DNA of 63,876 bases, filler included, from Anaerolineae bacterium (GTDB taxonomy: Bacteria > Chloroflexota > Anaerolineae > Epilineales > Epilineaceae), in NCBI GenBank assembly GCA_029262755.1. It is 6 parts of 6 records of this genome, joined end to end, with 100 filler letters (N's around TTAATTAATTAA, not from the genome) between each part and the next. Parts side by side here need not be neighbours in the genome. Positions count along the whole stretch, not along the records: positions 34,367 to 57,915 come from JAJCYU010000191.1; 5 more parts are not named here. The stretch is one strand, 5' to 3'. The notes beneath the pieces are model-generated. The model was given only the letters and a program-made list of their open reading frames with translations. It was not told the DNA's origin and ran no database searches. The translations under genes were made by a program, and so were the position numbers. Shown here piece after piece: positions 39,455 to 49,174 of this stretch (its first letter is position 1; each line of letters begins with the position of its first letter).

Positions 39455-41553
39455 GAGGATGCGTTCCGAGGCGTCCGGTCGGCCGGAGTACGGCCGACGT
39501 CGTCGGCGCGGCGAGCAGGTGGAACGGCGGTCGGATCGGACGTTGCATGAGGGGGTGTGTCAGCGGGCGCATCGGGGCGTGGGTCGATCGTCGCGTCGGC
39601 AGTCGCATCAATCGTCGCATTGGCGAAAGCATCCGCCGACGAGCGGCCCGCACCCGCGGCCCGCGGCTCGTCGAACGACGCGTGCATCGTCATCGCGGCA
39701 AGCTCGTGTAGCGTGCGGTGCAGCATCGGCCGCCACGGCCGCCAGTCGCCCGCCAGGGAGCTGTTGTGCCAGAGGAGAGTCAGCGTGCCGCCTACGCGGC
39801 GACAACGGTGGGCGAGGTGGAGGATCCGGTCGCGTGCGTCGTCCGGGCCGCGGTGCTCGCGGTTGCGCAACGTGACGTCCATGACCACGAGCGGGTGCTC
39901 GACGAGTGCCAGATGTGCATCGGCCTCCAGGTCGAAGACCGGATACGGATGACACGTGCCGCAGCGGAAGCCCGTCGCCTCGCTGTAGCCGAGGGTCGCA
40001 TCGGAGCGCAGGCCGGCCGCGGCCAATGCTCGCCACGTATCCGGAGCCCGGAAGCGCAGGTAGTGCTGACGTGCGTCCACGGGGGCGTTCTCTCGACCGA
40101 GCTCCAGCGCCGCGGCCAAGCGATCGCGCTGCGCGGCGAGCTCGTCCGCCCGACCGAAGGTGTTGTAGCCCGGATGAACGCCGATGCGATGCCCGCGCGC
40201 AGTGAGACAATCGAGCAGGGAGCGGACGGCCGGTTCCTCCAGCGCATAGTCGGCCTCGCGTTCTCCGCGACCGGTGGCGAGCACGAAGTACGTGACGGGT
40301 GCGAGCCCCGCGCGCTCGGCCATGCGCGCCAACACGAGCGCGCCGCGATAGGTGTCGGTGCGCTGGATGCCGGTGGCCTGTCGCACGGCCCGGCGCAGGT
40401 CGCGCACGGCGCGAACGGGCCGCCCGGCGCGCAGCGCGTGGTGCGCCACGGTGCGTACGGCGGAACGCGGGCCGGCAAAGGCGCGCAGATGATCCAGATC
40501 GCAGCTGAGGTCCACCTGGAGTCGCCGCGCGGGCGGCTGCCATTTGGGCCGTAGCCGGCGCAGCCAGGTGCGCAGCACGAGCGCGAGTTCATCGACGAGC
40601 GGCCGATCGAGAAAGCCGTGCCGCACGGCGAGCGAACGCGCCGCGGGGAAACGACCGTGCACGTCGCGCTCCTCCTCGCCGACACCAGCAGCCGCGGTCT
40701 CCTCCCACCGCGAGAGCAGGAGCGCGGCCGTGGTCACGATGTCCGCCTCGATGACGACAACCCCATCCGCCCGCTGGGTCGCGAAGACCGGGCGGGCGTC
40801 GTGGCTGCCGCAACAAGCGTCGTAGCTGCCGGGGCGATCGACGGGGTTGGTGAGATTGCCGTTGCTGCCGCGATCTGCGCTGGAGGCGCGATCGACGGTG
40901 TTGGCGCGATCGACGTTGCCGTCGTGACCACCGCTGCCGTCGCGATCGACGTTGCTGTCGCGATAGACGTTGGCGCCGCGACCACCGCTGCCGTCGCGAC
41001 CACCACCGCCGTCGCGACCACCACCGCCGTCGCGATCGCCGCCGGCAACGTGCTCGCTGTCACCTACCGCCGCGTCCGCGCCCCAAAGCAGAAGGGGGAG
41101 GGTCTCCCCCGGCATGAAAGGCGAGGGGCTACCGGGCGGGAGCATTCGAGCGGCGTCCAACGCGTTGATCGTGCCTTCGCGCGCCGCAAGCAAGGTGCGC
41201 ACGGCGCCGGGCGCTGCGCGGCGGACGACGAGCTCGGCTCCGTCGGCGATCGCGTCCTCGAGTTCCCGGTTGGATGCGACGTGCCGCACGATGAGGCCGA
41301 GCGACTCGAAGCCGGTCGCTAGCTCGGTACCGGTCGCGTGCTCAGCGCTGGTTGCGCCGAAGTCTGCGGCGATCGCGCGTGGATCGTCGCCGGTATCGAA
41401 TTTGGAGCCCGCATGCGACTCGTGGACCAGCACGCCGGCACGCGCGGCCAGCGCGCGCCACGCCCACGCGGTTGCGCGTGGCGACAGCGGGAAGGGGGCA
41501 GGCTCGGTGCTCGGCCCAACATCACGCCCGAGGTCGCGCTCGCGGCTGGTCAA
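39451..41553 (-). CDS. Polysaccharide deacetylase-like protein (DUF7033-type N-terminus) with internal repeat insertion
   Basis: LLSRWEE, RDVHGRF, FLDRPLVDE, SCDLDHL, IGVHPGY, RQHYLRF, GFRCGTCHPY, LLWHNS. Confidence 0.8.
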   Translation of the reverse strand: MTSRERDLGRDVGPSTEPAPFPLSPRATAWAWRALAARAGVLVHESHAGSKFDTGDDPRAIAADFGATSAEHATGTELATGFESLGLIVRHVASNRELEDAIADGAELVVRRAAPGAVRTLLAAREGTINALDAARMLPPGSPSPFMPGETLPLLLWGADAAVGDSEHVAGGDRDGGGGRDGGGGRDGSGGRGANVYRDSNVDRDGSGGHDGNVDRANTVDRASSADRGSNGNLTNPVDRPGSYDACCGSHDARPVFATQRADGVVVIEADIVTTAALLLSRWEETAAAGVGEEERDVHGRFPAARSLAVRHGFLDRPLVDELALVLRTWLRRLRPKWQPPARRLQVDLSCDLDHLRAFAGPRSAVRTVAHHALRAGRPVRAVRDLRRAVRQATGIQRTDTYRGALVLARMAERAGLAPVTYFVLATGRGEREADYALEEPAVRSLLDCLTARGHRIGVHPGYNTFGRADELAAQRDRLAAALELGRENAPVDARQHYLRFRAPDTWRALAAAGLRSDATLGYSEATGFRCGTCHPYPVFDLEADAHLALVEHPLVVMDVTLRNREHRGPDDARDRILHLAHRCRRVGGTLTLLWHNSSLAGDWRPWRPMLHRTLHELAAMTMHASFDEPRAAGAGRSSADAFANATIDATADATIDPRPDAPADTPPHATSDPTAVPPARRADDVGRTPADRTPRNASS
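40861..41040. repeat. Ten degenerate 18-bp tandem units (approx. GYTGCCGTCGCGAYCRMC), in frame
   Basis: Units start every 18 bp from 40861 to 41023 and encode GGRDGG/VDRDGS hexapeptides. Confidence 0.85.
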
Positions 41554-42767
41554 CGTTCTGGCTCGTCGACACTGCTGCGGACACCGCCGTCGCGAATGCC
41601 GTCTAGGTCGCCGATGCCGTCGCTGTCGCCGATGCCGTCGACACCGCCGTCGCGATTGCCGTCGCCGTCGAGGTCGCCGGCCCCGTTGCCAGCGCGCTCA
41701 CCGTCACCGCCGCCAACGCCGTCACCGTCACCGGCCCCGTCCGCTGCGTCCAGCCTGTAGCCGTAGCCGGCGGCGAGCGGGCATTGCGCGTGGACCGCGG
41801 CCACTTCGGCCGCGGGCCAGGCGGCGAAGGGTGGGACGTCGCCGCCCTCTTGGCGGTTGATGCGGCGACCGGCGAGGCGCGCGGCGTCGTCCGGGCCCAG
41901 ATCTTCGGCGCCTACGAAGCGGCAGAGCTCGGCCGCGATCTGTGGGTCGGCGAACATTGCTTCGCTCGTGACGCGCAGGAAGCGATCGGCCGGCATGGTG
42001 GCGGCGAAGCATTCGACGAAAGCGTTGGTCTCGTTCCACAGCCAGGCGATCCGCTCGCGGTCTTCCAGCGCGGACCAGCGGGTGTCGTCCGTCATGCGGA
42101 TGCGGCCCACGGCGTGGGCGTCGGCGCGCGCGTACCAGCCGCGGCGCAGGCCGCTGCGTACGAAGGGGCCCGGATGGCGCAGGAGGTGGACGAAGCGGCT
42201 GCGCGGATAGGCACGCGCGACGGCCGGCGCGAGGAAGGTGATGCGGTTGTTTGTCTCGACGTATCCGCGTCCCGCTCGCTGGGCGCCCGACAGCAGGTCG
42301 TCGCGCGCCGCCCGGACAAGTTCCACGAGCTCCGCGACCTTGGCCAAGCCGGCTACGGAGCCAGTCGCCATGCCGGCCGCCGAGTCCGCTGCTGTCGCAG
42401 GATTCGTGGCGATCTTTGCGACTTCCACGGCAGGATCCACGGCAGGCGTCTGCGCACCGTCCGCTGCCGACGTCGCAACGCTAGCCTCCGCGTACGCTTC
42501 CCACGCAAGGCGGCTCTGGCGCACGAGTTCCGGCGGCAGGTCGTGGTTGGCCACCACGAGGCGCGATCCTTCGAGGAGCGTCGTCAGCCACGCGGTGCCG
42601 CAGCGGCCGGTGGATAGCACGAAGACGGGCGCGAGCGTCGCCGCCTGCTCGTCGGAGAGCGGGGGGCCGCCGAGGCGCCAGCTGTCCGCGCCGCGCAACG
42701 CACGCCCGGCGAGCGCAGCACGTGCCCGCACGCGGGCAGCGAGCGAGGGTGGTCGGCGTGCGCTCAT
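41550..42767 (-). CDS. Sulfotransferase family protein
   Basis: PVFVLSTGRCGTAWL, YVETNNRI, FVHLLRHPGPFVRSG; Gly/Asp repeat tail. Confidence 0.85.
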   Translation of the reverse strand: MSARRPPSLAARVRARAALAGRALRGADSWRLGGPPLSDEQAATLAPVFVLSTGRCGTAWLTTLLEGSRLVVANHDLPPELVRQSRLAWEAYAEASVATSAADGAQTPAVDPAVEVAKIATNPATAADSAAGMATGSVAGLAKVAELVELVRAARDDLLSGAQRAGRGYVETNNRITFLAPAVARAYPRSRFVHLLRHPGPFVRSGLRRGWYARADAHAVGRIRMTDDTRWSALEDRERIAWLWNETNAFVECFAATMPADRFLRVTSEAMFADPQIAAELCRFVGAEDLGPDDAARLAGRRINRQEGGDVPPFAAWPAAEVAAVHAQCPLAAGYGYRLDAADGAGDGDGVGGGDGERAGNGAGDLDGDGNRDGGVDGIGDSDGIGDLDGIRDGGVRSSVDEPER

Positions 42768-43996
42768 CGCGGCGCCGCTGCGTTGCGGTTCGCGAGGTCG
42801 GTTCGGCTACCGGGGCGATCGGCGTCGATCGCGCGATCAACGTCGATCTCGCGATCACCGGACCCGTCGCGACCTACGTCACCGGACCGTTCGCGACGTT
42901 GGTCACGGCTTCCGTTCGGGCCGCGAACCATCAGGTCGCGATCGCTTGGGTCGGGAGCGGTGGATAGGTCGGCAGCGGTGGCGTCGGGAGCGAGCGGGCC
43001 CTGATCCGTCCGGTCGCGATCCTTCGACTCGGAAGCCGAATGTTGGCCCGGCGCACCGTCACCACCGCTCACCTCAACCGTAGCCGGACTAGTAGCAGTG
43101 GCCGCGGCCGTAGCCGCGTCCGCGCCGGCACCGTCCGGCCGCCCGCCGCCCTCCGCGAAGACGAAGCCGCCGGGCAGCAGCTCCGTCGTGTAGCCGCGGG
43201 ACTCGAGGAAGCGCGCGATCGCATGTGCGTCGCTGCGACCGCCGTAGCGGGCTGCGATCGCGAGGTGGCGGGGGGCGATGGTGGTCAGGCCCTCGAGGGC
43301 CTCCATCTCGACGCCGTTGAGCTGGATGAGCATGAGGTCGATGTGGTCGACGCCCGCGGTTGCCAGGATGTTGTCGAGGCTGTCCGCCGCCACGTCGACG
43401 CCTTGGCCCGCGGCGTGGTCTAGGACCATGCTGGCCGACTGCATGTCGTGCGGACGTAGGCTCAGGCTGACGTTCGCCGGTGCCTTCCACACGCCGCGCG
43501 GGACGACGGTGACCTGCGAGAGCCCGTTCTCCGCCATGTTGCGCTCCAAGAGCGCGACGTTCTCGGGCACCGGCTCAATGGCGACGACCCGGCCGCCCGG
43601 CCCGACGCGTTCGGCAAGGTGCACGGTGAAGAAGCCCTGGTAGGCGCCCATCTCCGCCACGTGGTCGCCGGGCTGGACGCGATAGCGTGCCTCCTTGCGC
43701 GGGCCGCCTAGTTGCAGGCCGCCTTCCCGGTAGCGGATGACGATGTCCAACGCGACCTGGAAGGCCATTTCGGGGATGCGTCCGCGCTGCTCGCTCGGCA
43801 GGAGACGGTGATACGGCCGATAGGCGTCACGGGTCGGCAGACCGAAGAATATGGGGCCGTCGACCAGGCGGACGAAGGGCGTTCCATCGGCCGCCTGCCC
43901 GGCTTCGGCTATGTCCAGCGCCGCGACGCCGCGCGTGACGCCGCGCAAGCGACGTTCGCGCGCGATGCGGGCCGCGGCGCGGCGCAACGGGTTCAC
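42764..43996 (-). CDS. FkbM family SAM methyltransferase
   Basis: VAEMGAYQGFFT, VVAIEP...LLERN, LDNIL...IDLMLIQLNGVEMEALEG. Confidence 0.85.
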   Translation of the reverse strand: MNPLRRAAARIARERRLRGVTRGVAALDIAEAGQAADGTPFVRLVDGPIFFGLPTRDAYRPYHRLLPSEQRGRIPEMAFQVALDIVIRYREGGLQLGGPRKEARYRVQPGDHVAEMGAYQGFFTVHLAERVGPGGRVVAIEPVPENVALLERNMAENGLSQVTVVPRGVWKAPANVSLSLRPHDMQSASMVLDHAAGQGVDVAADSLDNILATAGVDHIDLMLIQLNGVEMEALEGLTTIAPRHLAIAARYGGRSDAHAIARFLESRGYTTELLPGGFVFAEGGGRPDGAGADAATAAATATSPATVEVSGGDGAPGQHSASESKDRDRTDQGPLAPDATAADLSTAPDPSDRDLMVRGPNGSRDQRRERSGDVGRDGSGDREIDVDRAIDADRPGSRTDLANRNAAAPR

Positions 43997-44126
43997 GGTG
44001 CGGGCTCCTCGTGGGGGTAGATTGTAGTCCTAGAATCGGACGTTGGAGTGGCGGAAGCAAGGCCGGATGAGTGCGTGGTCGGGTCGTTCGACGTGGTCGT
44101 GGTCGCCGTCATGGACGCCGTCACCG

Positions 44127-45470
44127 TCACGATCCCAACTCCCTCGATATCGACCCACTCGGGCGCGATGTTTCGCTGAGTGCGTCCGCGGAATCGGGCG
44201 CCGGGCACAATAGCGCCAATGCGCGCAGCATCCATGACTGACCCCAACGGAGGTAGGGCGTGCGGTCGATGCGGCCGCGCGCGTCGATGCGGGTGGCGAA
44301 CGAGCCGTCGCCGTTGGCCAAGTGGGCCAGGCTCCAGTCTGCCACGTCCTCGGCCCGGGCGTGGAGCGCGGGTTGGATTTCGGCCAGGCGGGCGAGGGTC
44401 AGGACGGCTTGAGCGGCGCTCTGCACATCGAGCGGATAGCGCGCGGCGACGGTGTAGCGGGGGGCATCGTCCGGGTCCAGCAGGTGGGCGAGGAAGTGGG
44501 CGACGCCGCGCTCGATGGCGGTCCGCGTGGCCGCCGCCTCGTCCTCGGGCAGGAAGGGCAGCGCGTCGAAGAGGCTCTCCAGCACGAAGCCCGTGTGGTA
44601 GCCGTCCACGCGGCCGAGGATCGCGCTGGGCGGGCCCCAGTAGAACCACGAGCCGTCGTCGCGTTGGTGCTTGCGCGTGTAGCGGATGGCCGCGCGGGCC
44701 AGATCCACCCGGGCGGCGTCGGGCGCGTCACACAGCCCTTCGGCGCGCAAGATCGCCGCTGCGGCCAGGACGCTCGCGTTGTGCACGCAGTACTCATCGA
44801 CCGTCGTGTAGCTCATGCACACGTCACCGTCGGCGTCGACGTGGTGGTGGAGGCCCTCCACGAACAGGCCGCACGCGGCCACCGCTTGGTCTCGCCCGCG
44901 CACGTCGCCGGTGGCCTCGAAGCCGTCGCACAGAGCCTGGACGATGATCGAGGTCACGGTTGCGCGCGGGGTGTCGCGCGGCACGATGAGGTCGCGCGTC
45001 GGCCAATCGTAGGGCTGGCCCCAGCACGGCCAGGGGTAGCCGGGCGAGGGATGGTCGACGAGCCACGTCAGCGCGCGGGTCGCTTTCGCGATGCCGGTGG
45101 CCGTGCTCGTTGCGCCCTCGCCGGGGATGGTCGAGTCCGCGGTCCCCGCGTACGGCGCCGCGAGCCACGCGCGGGCCATGAGGCCCATGGCCTGCGGGTA
45201 GCGGCGGCCGGGTATGCGCAGCGCGCGGCGAAGCGGGCCCCGGGCGCGCGCCTCGAGGCTGCGCGCGAGACGCGCCGGGACGCGACCGACGCCGCCGCGC
45301 AGGCCGGCGCGGTGGGCGGCGAGGAAGAGCGGATGCGCGCGCACGTCGCATACGTCGGGGCCCTCGAGACCGTGCTCGTCGAGCCAGGCGTCGAGCGCCG
45401 TGTAGGCGGTCGCGAAACGAAGGGCATCGTTTGCAGGCGCGACATGGTCGGCCCCGAGATTCAGGCTCAT
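44127..45470 (-). CDS. Alpha/alpha-toroid protein of the type found in surface-polysaccharide loci
   Basis: CWGQPYDW, SYTTVD..CVHNAS, QRDDGSWFY, DGYHTG, YPLDVQSAAQ, YLRWGQSWM; function unknown. Confidence 0.7.
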   Translation of the reverse strand: MSLNLGADHVAPANDALRFATAYTALDAWLDEHGLEGPDVCDVRAHPLFLAAHRAGLRGGVGRVPARLARSLEARARGPLRRALRIPGRRYPQAMGLMARAWLAAPYAGTADSTIPGEGATSTATGIAKATRALTWLVDHPSPGYPWPCWGQPYDWPTRDLIVPRDTPRATVTSIIVQALCDGFEATGDVRGRDQAVAACGLFVEGLHHHVDADGDVCMSYTTVDEYCVHNASVLAAAAILRAEGLCDAPDAARVDLARAAIRYTRKHQRDDGSWFYWGPPSAILGRVDGYHTGFVLESLFDALPFLPEDEAAATRTAIERGVAHFLAHLLDPDDAPRYTVAARYPLDVQSAAQAVLTLARLAEIQPALHARAEDVADWSLAHLANGDGSFATRIDARGRIDRTPYLRWGQSWMLRALALLCPAPDSADALSETSRPSGSISRELGS

Positions 45471-47014
45471 CGGACCTCATCTGCGGAGTCGCCGCGGCCC
45501 ATGTGGCGCCAAGCGAGGCGGAGCAGCCGTAGCATGCGGCGGCGTTCGAGCAGGAGCAGCACCGCGGCATAGCCGGTGCCGAAGCCCACGAGCTTGAGCG
45601 CGCCGACGGCCGCGTCGACGCGGGTCGGCGATGGCCAGGCCGCGACGGCGTCCGTCGCGAGCATCCCCGCGGCGGCGCCCGCGCCGAGGCCCGCCGCGAG
45701 CGCGAGGGTGGGTGCGAGCCACAGGGCGCGCGGCGAGAAATCGAGCATGCCGCGGGCGGCGTAGAAGAGCACGCCGATGCCGGCCACGGTCATGAGGTTG
45801 ACCCCGACAGCCACGCCCTCGATGCCATAGGCGATGCCCAGGGTCGGCAGGCAGGCCACGAGGACCGCGAGCTGCACGGCGTGGGCGACGAGCACCTTGC
45901 CGGGATGCCCTGTGGCCGTGAGCAGGCCGGCGAGCAGCACCCGGATTGGGTCGATCAACGCGTAGACGAGCATCAGCCGGAAGGGTTGGATCATCGGCAA
46001 CCACTTGGGGTCCAATGCGAGGCGCACGAATTCCGGGGAGACGAGCGTTAGGGCGCCGACGAAGAGGAAGCCGGTACGCACCAATGTCGCGGTGATGCGG
46101 AAGAAGGCCTTGGACAAGCGCTCGCGCTCGGCCTTGAGCTCGGCGAAGGTGCCCTGCGCGACGGCGTTGGCGGGCAAGGCGATGAGCGTGCGGGGGTAGG
46201 TCGCGAAGCGGTAGGCGCGCGAGTAGACGCCCAGCGCGACATCGCCCAGCGCGAAGCCGACCCATAGATCGTCGACGTAGTCGATGGCGCGCATGAACAA
46301 CGCGTTGGGCAGGTTGTGACCGCCGAAGGTCAGGTAGTAGCGCGCGATGGCCGGATCCCACCCGAAGCGTGGCCGCCATGGCGGGCGCCATACGAAGAAC
46401 ACGACCAACAAGGTGGCCACGGCCGCGATCTCGCCGCCGAGCAGCGACCACAGCTCCGCGCCGCGCAAGGCGAGCATCACGGCGGCCACCGCGGATGTGC
46501 CGGCGGCCAGCAGGTCGGCGGCGACCACGCGGCGATGGACGACGCGCCGTTGGAGCACCTGGCGCGGCATATCGGCGATCTGACCCACCGCGGTGGTGAG
46601 CGAAAGAACGATCAGCGCGAGACGGAAGTCACCGGAGGCAAAGAGCAGCGCGCCGCCGATCACGGCGGCGGTCCAGGTAACGGTGAGCGCGAGCTTGAGC
46701 GTGAAGAGCACGGCCGCGGCGCGTTCTTCGTCCTCGGTCTCCGGCACGCGGTTGAGGAATGCGGCCCGCATCCCGAAGCCCGCGAGCAGCACGGTGCTGG
46801 CCGTGATCGCCACCGCTTTGGCGAAGACGCCGAAGGTCGCGACCGCGAGCAGGTCCATGAGCACGAGCATGCGCACGAAGAGCAGCACGACCCGCAGCGG
46901 GCTCGCCCCGACGTTCCACAGGAGCGCCGATAGCGTGCGCCGCCCCAAGGGCGGTGGCACGGGCGCGCCGGCGGATGCCGACCGCTGATCCGGGGCGCCG
47001 CTCGGGTCGGTCAA
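45467..47014 (-). CDS. wzx: Oligosaccharide flippase (Wzx/PST family)
   Basis: Many TM helices, DDLWVGFALGDVALGVYSRAY, LVRLALDPKW; TTG start after GGAGA. Confidence 0.88.
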   Translation of the reverse strand: MTDPSGAPDQRSASAGAPVPPPLGRRTLSALLWNVGASPLRVVLLFVRMLVLMDLLAVATFGVFAKAVAITASTVLLAGFGMRAAFLNRVPETEDEERAAAVLFTLKLALTVTWTAAVIGGALLFASGDFRLALIVLSLTTAVGQIADMPRQVLQRRVVHRRVVAADLLAAGTSAVAAVMLALRGAELWSLLGGEIAAVATLLVVFFVWRPPWRPRFGWDPAIARYYLTFGGHNLPNALFMRAIDYVDDLWVGFALGDVALGVYSRAYRFATYPRTLIALPANAVAQGTFAELKAERERLSKAFFRITATLVRTGFLFVGALTLVSPEFVRLALDPKWLPMIQPFRLMLVYALIDPIRVLLAGLLTATGHPGKVLVAHAVQLAVLVACLPTLGIAYGIEGVAVGVNLMTVAGIGVLFYAARGMLDFSPRALWLAPTLALAAGLGAGAAAGMLATDAVAAWPSPTRVDAAVGALKLVGFGTGYAAVLLLLERRRMLRLLRLAWRHMGRGDSADEVR

Positions 47015-47186
47015 GGGGTCTCCGGGAAGGGGATGTCGCGACGAAACGGGTGAAGGAGGCGCAAGGACGCATCGCGGAAGCACGCGAATTCTAGGCGGCC
47101 GTTCCACCGGCCGCGAGCGTCCGACGGCTTTCGGTCGTCCGCGCCGCCGTCTATCCTGCGGCCCCCGCGCTCCGGGACCGCGTCCG

Positions 47187-48761
47187 ATGCTCTTCAACTC
47201 GCTGACCTTCGTGCTCTTCTTCGCCGTGTTCATCGCGCTGTGGCCCTTGGCGCGGCGCGGCGAACAACGGCGTTGGGCCTACCTCGTTGCGGCCTCCGCC
47301 GTGTTCTACGGCTGGTGGGATTGGCGCTTCCTCGGACTGATCGCCCTCAGCGGCGCGATCGACTTCTGGGTGGGCGGGGCCATCCCGCGCTATCCCAACC
47401 GGCGCCGCGCGCTGTTGGCGGTATCGATCGTCGCCAACCTCGGCCTGCTCTCGGCCTTCAAGTACGCGGGCTTCCTCGGCGCGAACCTCAACCTGCTGCT
47501 CGCGCTGCTGGGCGTGGATGTCCAGCTGCAGATCGACACGCCGCCGCTGCCGGTGGGCATCTCGTTCTACACCTTCCAGTCGATGAGCTACACGATCGAC
47601 ATCTACCGCGGACGGCTGAGCCCGACCCGCCACCCGCTGCACTTCTTCGCTTACCTCGCGCTGTTCCCGCAGTTGGTCGCCGGGCCGATCGTGCGCGCCT
47701 CCCAGCTGTTGCCGCAGCTACGGACGGCGCCGCCCGTCGGGGATGCGCGGCGCTGGCGCGGTCTGCGCCTCGTGGCGCACGGCGCATTCAAGAAGGTGGT
47801 GATCGCCGACAACCTCGCGCCGGTCGTGGACGCGGCCTTCGCCGCGGCCCGCGCAAGCACGGATGCGGTGAGCGTGGCAGGGGCGGCGGGCGCGGCGGGC
47901 ACGGTCGCGAGCGCCGGTGCAAGCGGAGCCGTCGACGGCGTCGCGGCCATGGCCGTGCTCCCGGGGCTGGCCGGCGGCACGTTGTATTGGTGGCTGATCA
48001 TCACGATGTTCGCCTTCCAGATCTACTGCGACTTCAGCGGCTACTCCGACATCGCGCGCGGTCTGGCGCAGTGGATGGGCTACCGCTTCCCGCGCAACTT
48101 CGATCACCCCTACACCTCCGTGTCGCTGCGCGAGTTCTGGTCGCGCTGGCACATCTCGCTCTCCACCTGGTTTCGCGACTACGTGTACGTGCCGCTGGGC
48201 GGCTCTCGCCGTGGTGCGTTGCGGGCGGACGTCGCGATGTGGATCACGATGCTCGTGTCCGGACTGTGGCATGGCGCCGCGTGGACGTTCGTGGCCTGGG
48301 GCGCACTGCACGCGGCGTATCTGAGCCTCGAGCGGCGGACGGCGTGGCCACGCCGTCTGGCCGCGTTGCCCGGCGGCCGCTGGGTGGCGCTCGCGCTGGT
48401 GACCGCGCAGGTTTGGCTGGCCTGGGTCTTCTTCCGCGCACCGAGCTTCGCCGTCGCGTGGGCCGTGACGGCGCGCATGCTCGGCCTGGACGCGCTCCGC
48501 GCGCTGGCAACGGGCGCCGCGCGTCCGGTCACGTGGGCGTGGGACGCCGGCCTGTCGACGCTAACCGTCCAGCGCACGGCGCTGCTCGTGCTCGGCTTCG
48601 CGATTGCCGGCGAAGCCGTCGTGTTGCTGGCCCGGTGGTACGGGCGGTCTTCGTGGCGTCGGCCGACGCTCCGGTGGGAGCCCGTTCTGATCGCGGTCCT
48701 GATCGCGCTATCGATCTTCCTGCGCGGCCCGGGTCAGGCGTTCATCTACTTCCAGTTCTAA
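47187..48761 (+). CDS. MBOAT O-acyltransferase (AlgI/PatA family)
   Basis: MLFNS, LPVGISFYTFQ, FPQLVAGPI, QIYCDFSGYSDIA, EFWSRWHISLSTW, SGLWHGA, C-terminal FIYFQF. Confidence 0.95.
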   Translation: MLFNSLTFVLFFAVFIALWPLARRGEQRRWAYLVAASAVFYGWWDWRFLGLIALSGAIDFWVGGAIPRYPNRRRALLAVSIVANLGLLSAFKYAGFLGANLNLLLALLGVDVQLQIDTPPLPVGISFYTFQSMSYTIDIYRGRLSPTRHPLHFFAYLALFPQLVAGPIVRASQLLPQLRTAPPVGDARRWRGLRLVAHGAFKKVVIADNLAPVVDAAFAAARASTDAVSVAGAAGAAGTVASAGASGAVDGVAAMAVLPGLAGGTLYWWLIITMFAFQIYCDFSGYSDIARGLAQWMGYRFPRNFDHPYTSVSLREFWSRWHISLSTWFRDYVYVPLGGSRRGALRADVAMWITMLVSGLWHGAAWTFVAWGALHAAYLSLERRTAWPRRLAALPGGRWVALALVTAQVWLAWVFFRAPSFAVAWAVTARMLGLDALRALATGAARPVTWAWDAGLSTLTVQRTALLVLGFAIAGEAVVLLARWYGRSSWRRPTLRWEPVLIAVLIALSIFLRGPGQAFIYFQF

Positions 48762-48763
48762 TA

Positions 48764-48964
48764 CGGGTTGCGGATCTAACGGAACGACGGTGATCCATGG
48801 CTCGAAGGAATCCGGATAAGTCCGCGCGATCTACCAGTCGCGATGAGTTAGCGACTCACGCTCGCTGGTTGTCCGGGGCTTCGACTATCGCCGCAGACTT
48901 CCGTACCAGCACGCGGCGTTGGGGCCACCATAGGCACGTTTCGTTGCGTTAGATCCGCGACCCC
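48764..48964. mobile_element. Miniature inverted-repeat element, copy 1 (201 bp)
   Basis: Ends CGGGTTGCGGATCTAACGGAACGA ... TCGTTGCGTTAGATCCGCGACCCC; ungapped match to 51398-51598. Confidence 0.8.
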
Positions 48965-48965
48965 C

Positions 48966-49082
48966 TTCTACCTGGTGCTCGTCGGAGCCATCTCGATCGT
49001 GTCCGCCACGGCCCTTCTAGGGTGGTCGGTCTTGACGATGAGGTCAGATATCGAAAAGAAGGGTCTGGTACCGTCGACATAG
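48966..49082 (+). pseudogene. Possible 3' remnant of a membrane-protein gene
   Basis: FYLVLVGAISIVSATALLGWSVLTMRSDIEKKGLVPST* begins at the element boundary with no start codon. Confidence 0.4.
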
Positions 49083-49174
49083 GGCGGCGCGATCCCCGCG
49101 GCACGGGGGAGGCGCTCGCCGACGCGTTGTAGCCGAGCGCGCGAACGAACGTCGATCGCCGTTGGAGGCTCGGG

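Noticed and set aside
40861..41040. Periodic repeats as a possible CRISPR array
   Set aside because: Contiguous degenerate 18-bp units without spacers, in frame within a CDS, and no cas genes in the window.
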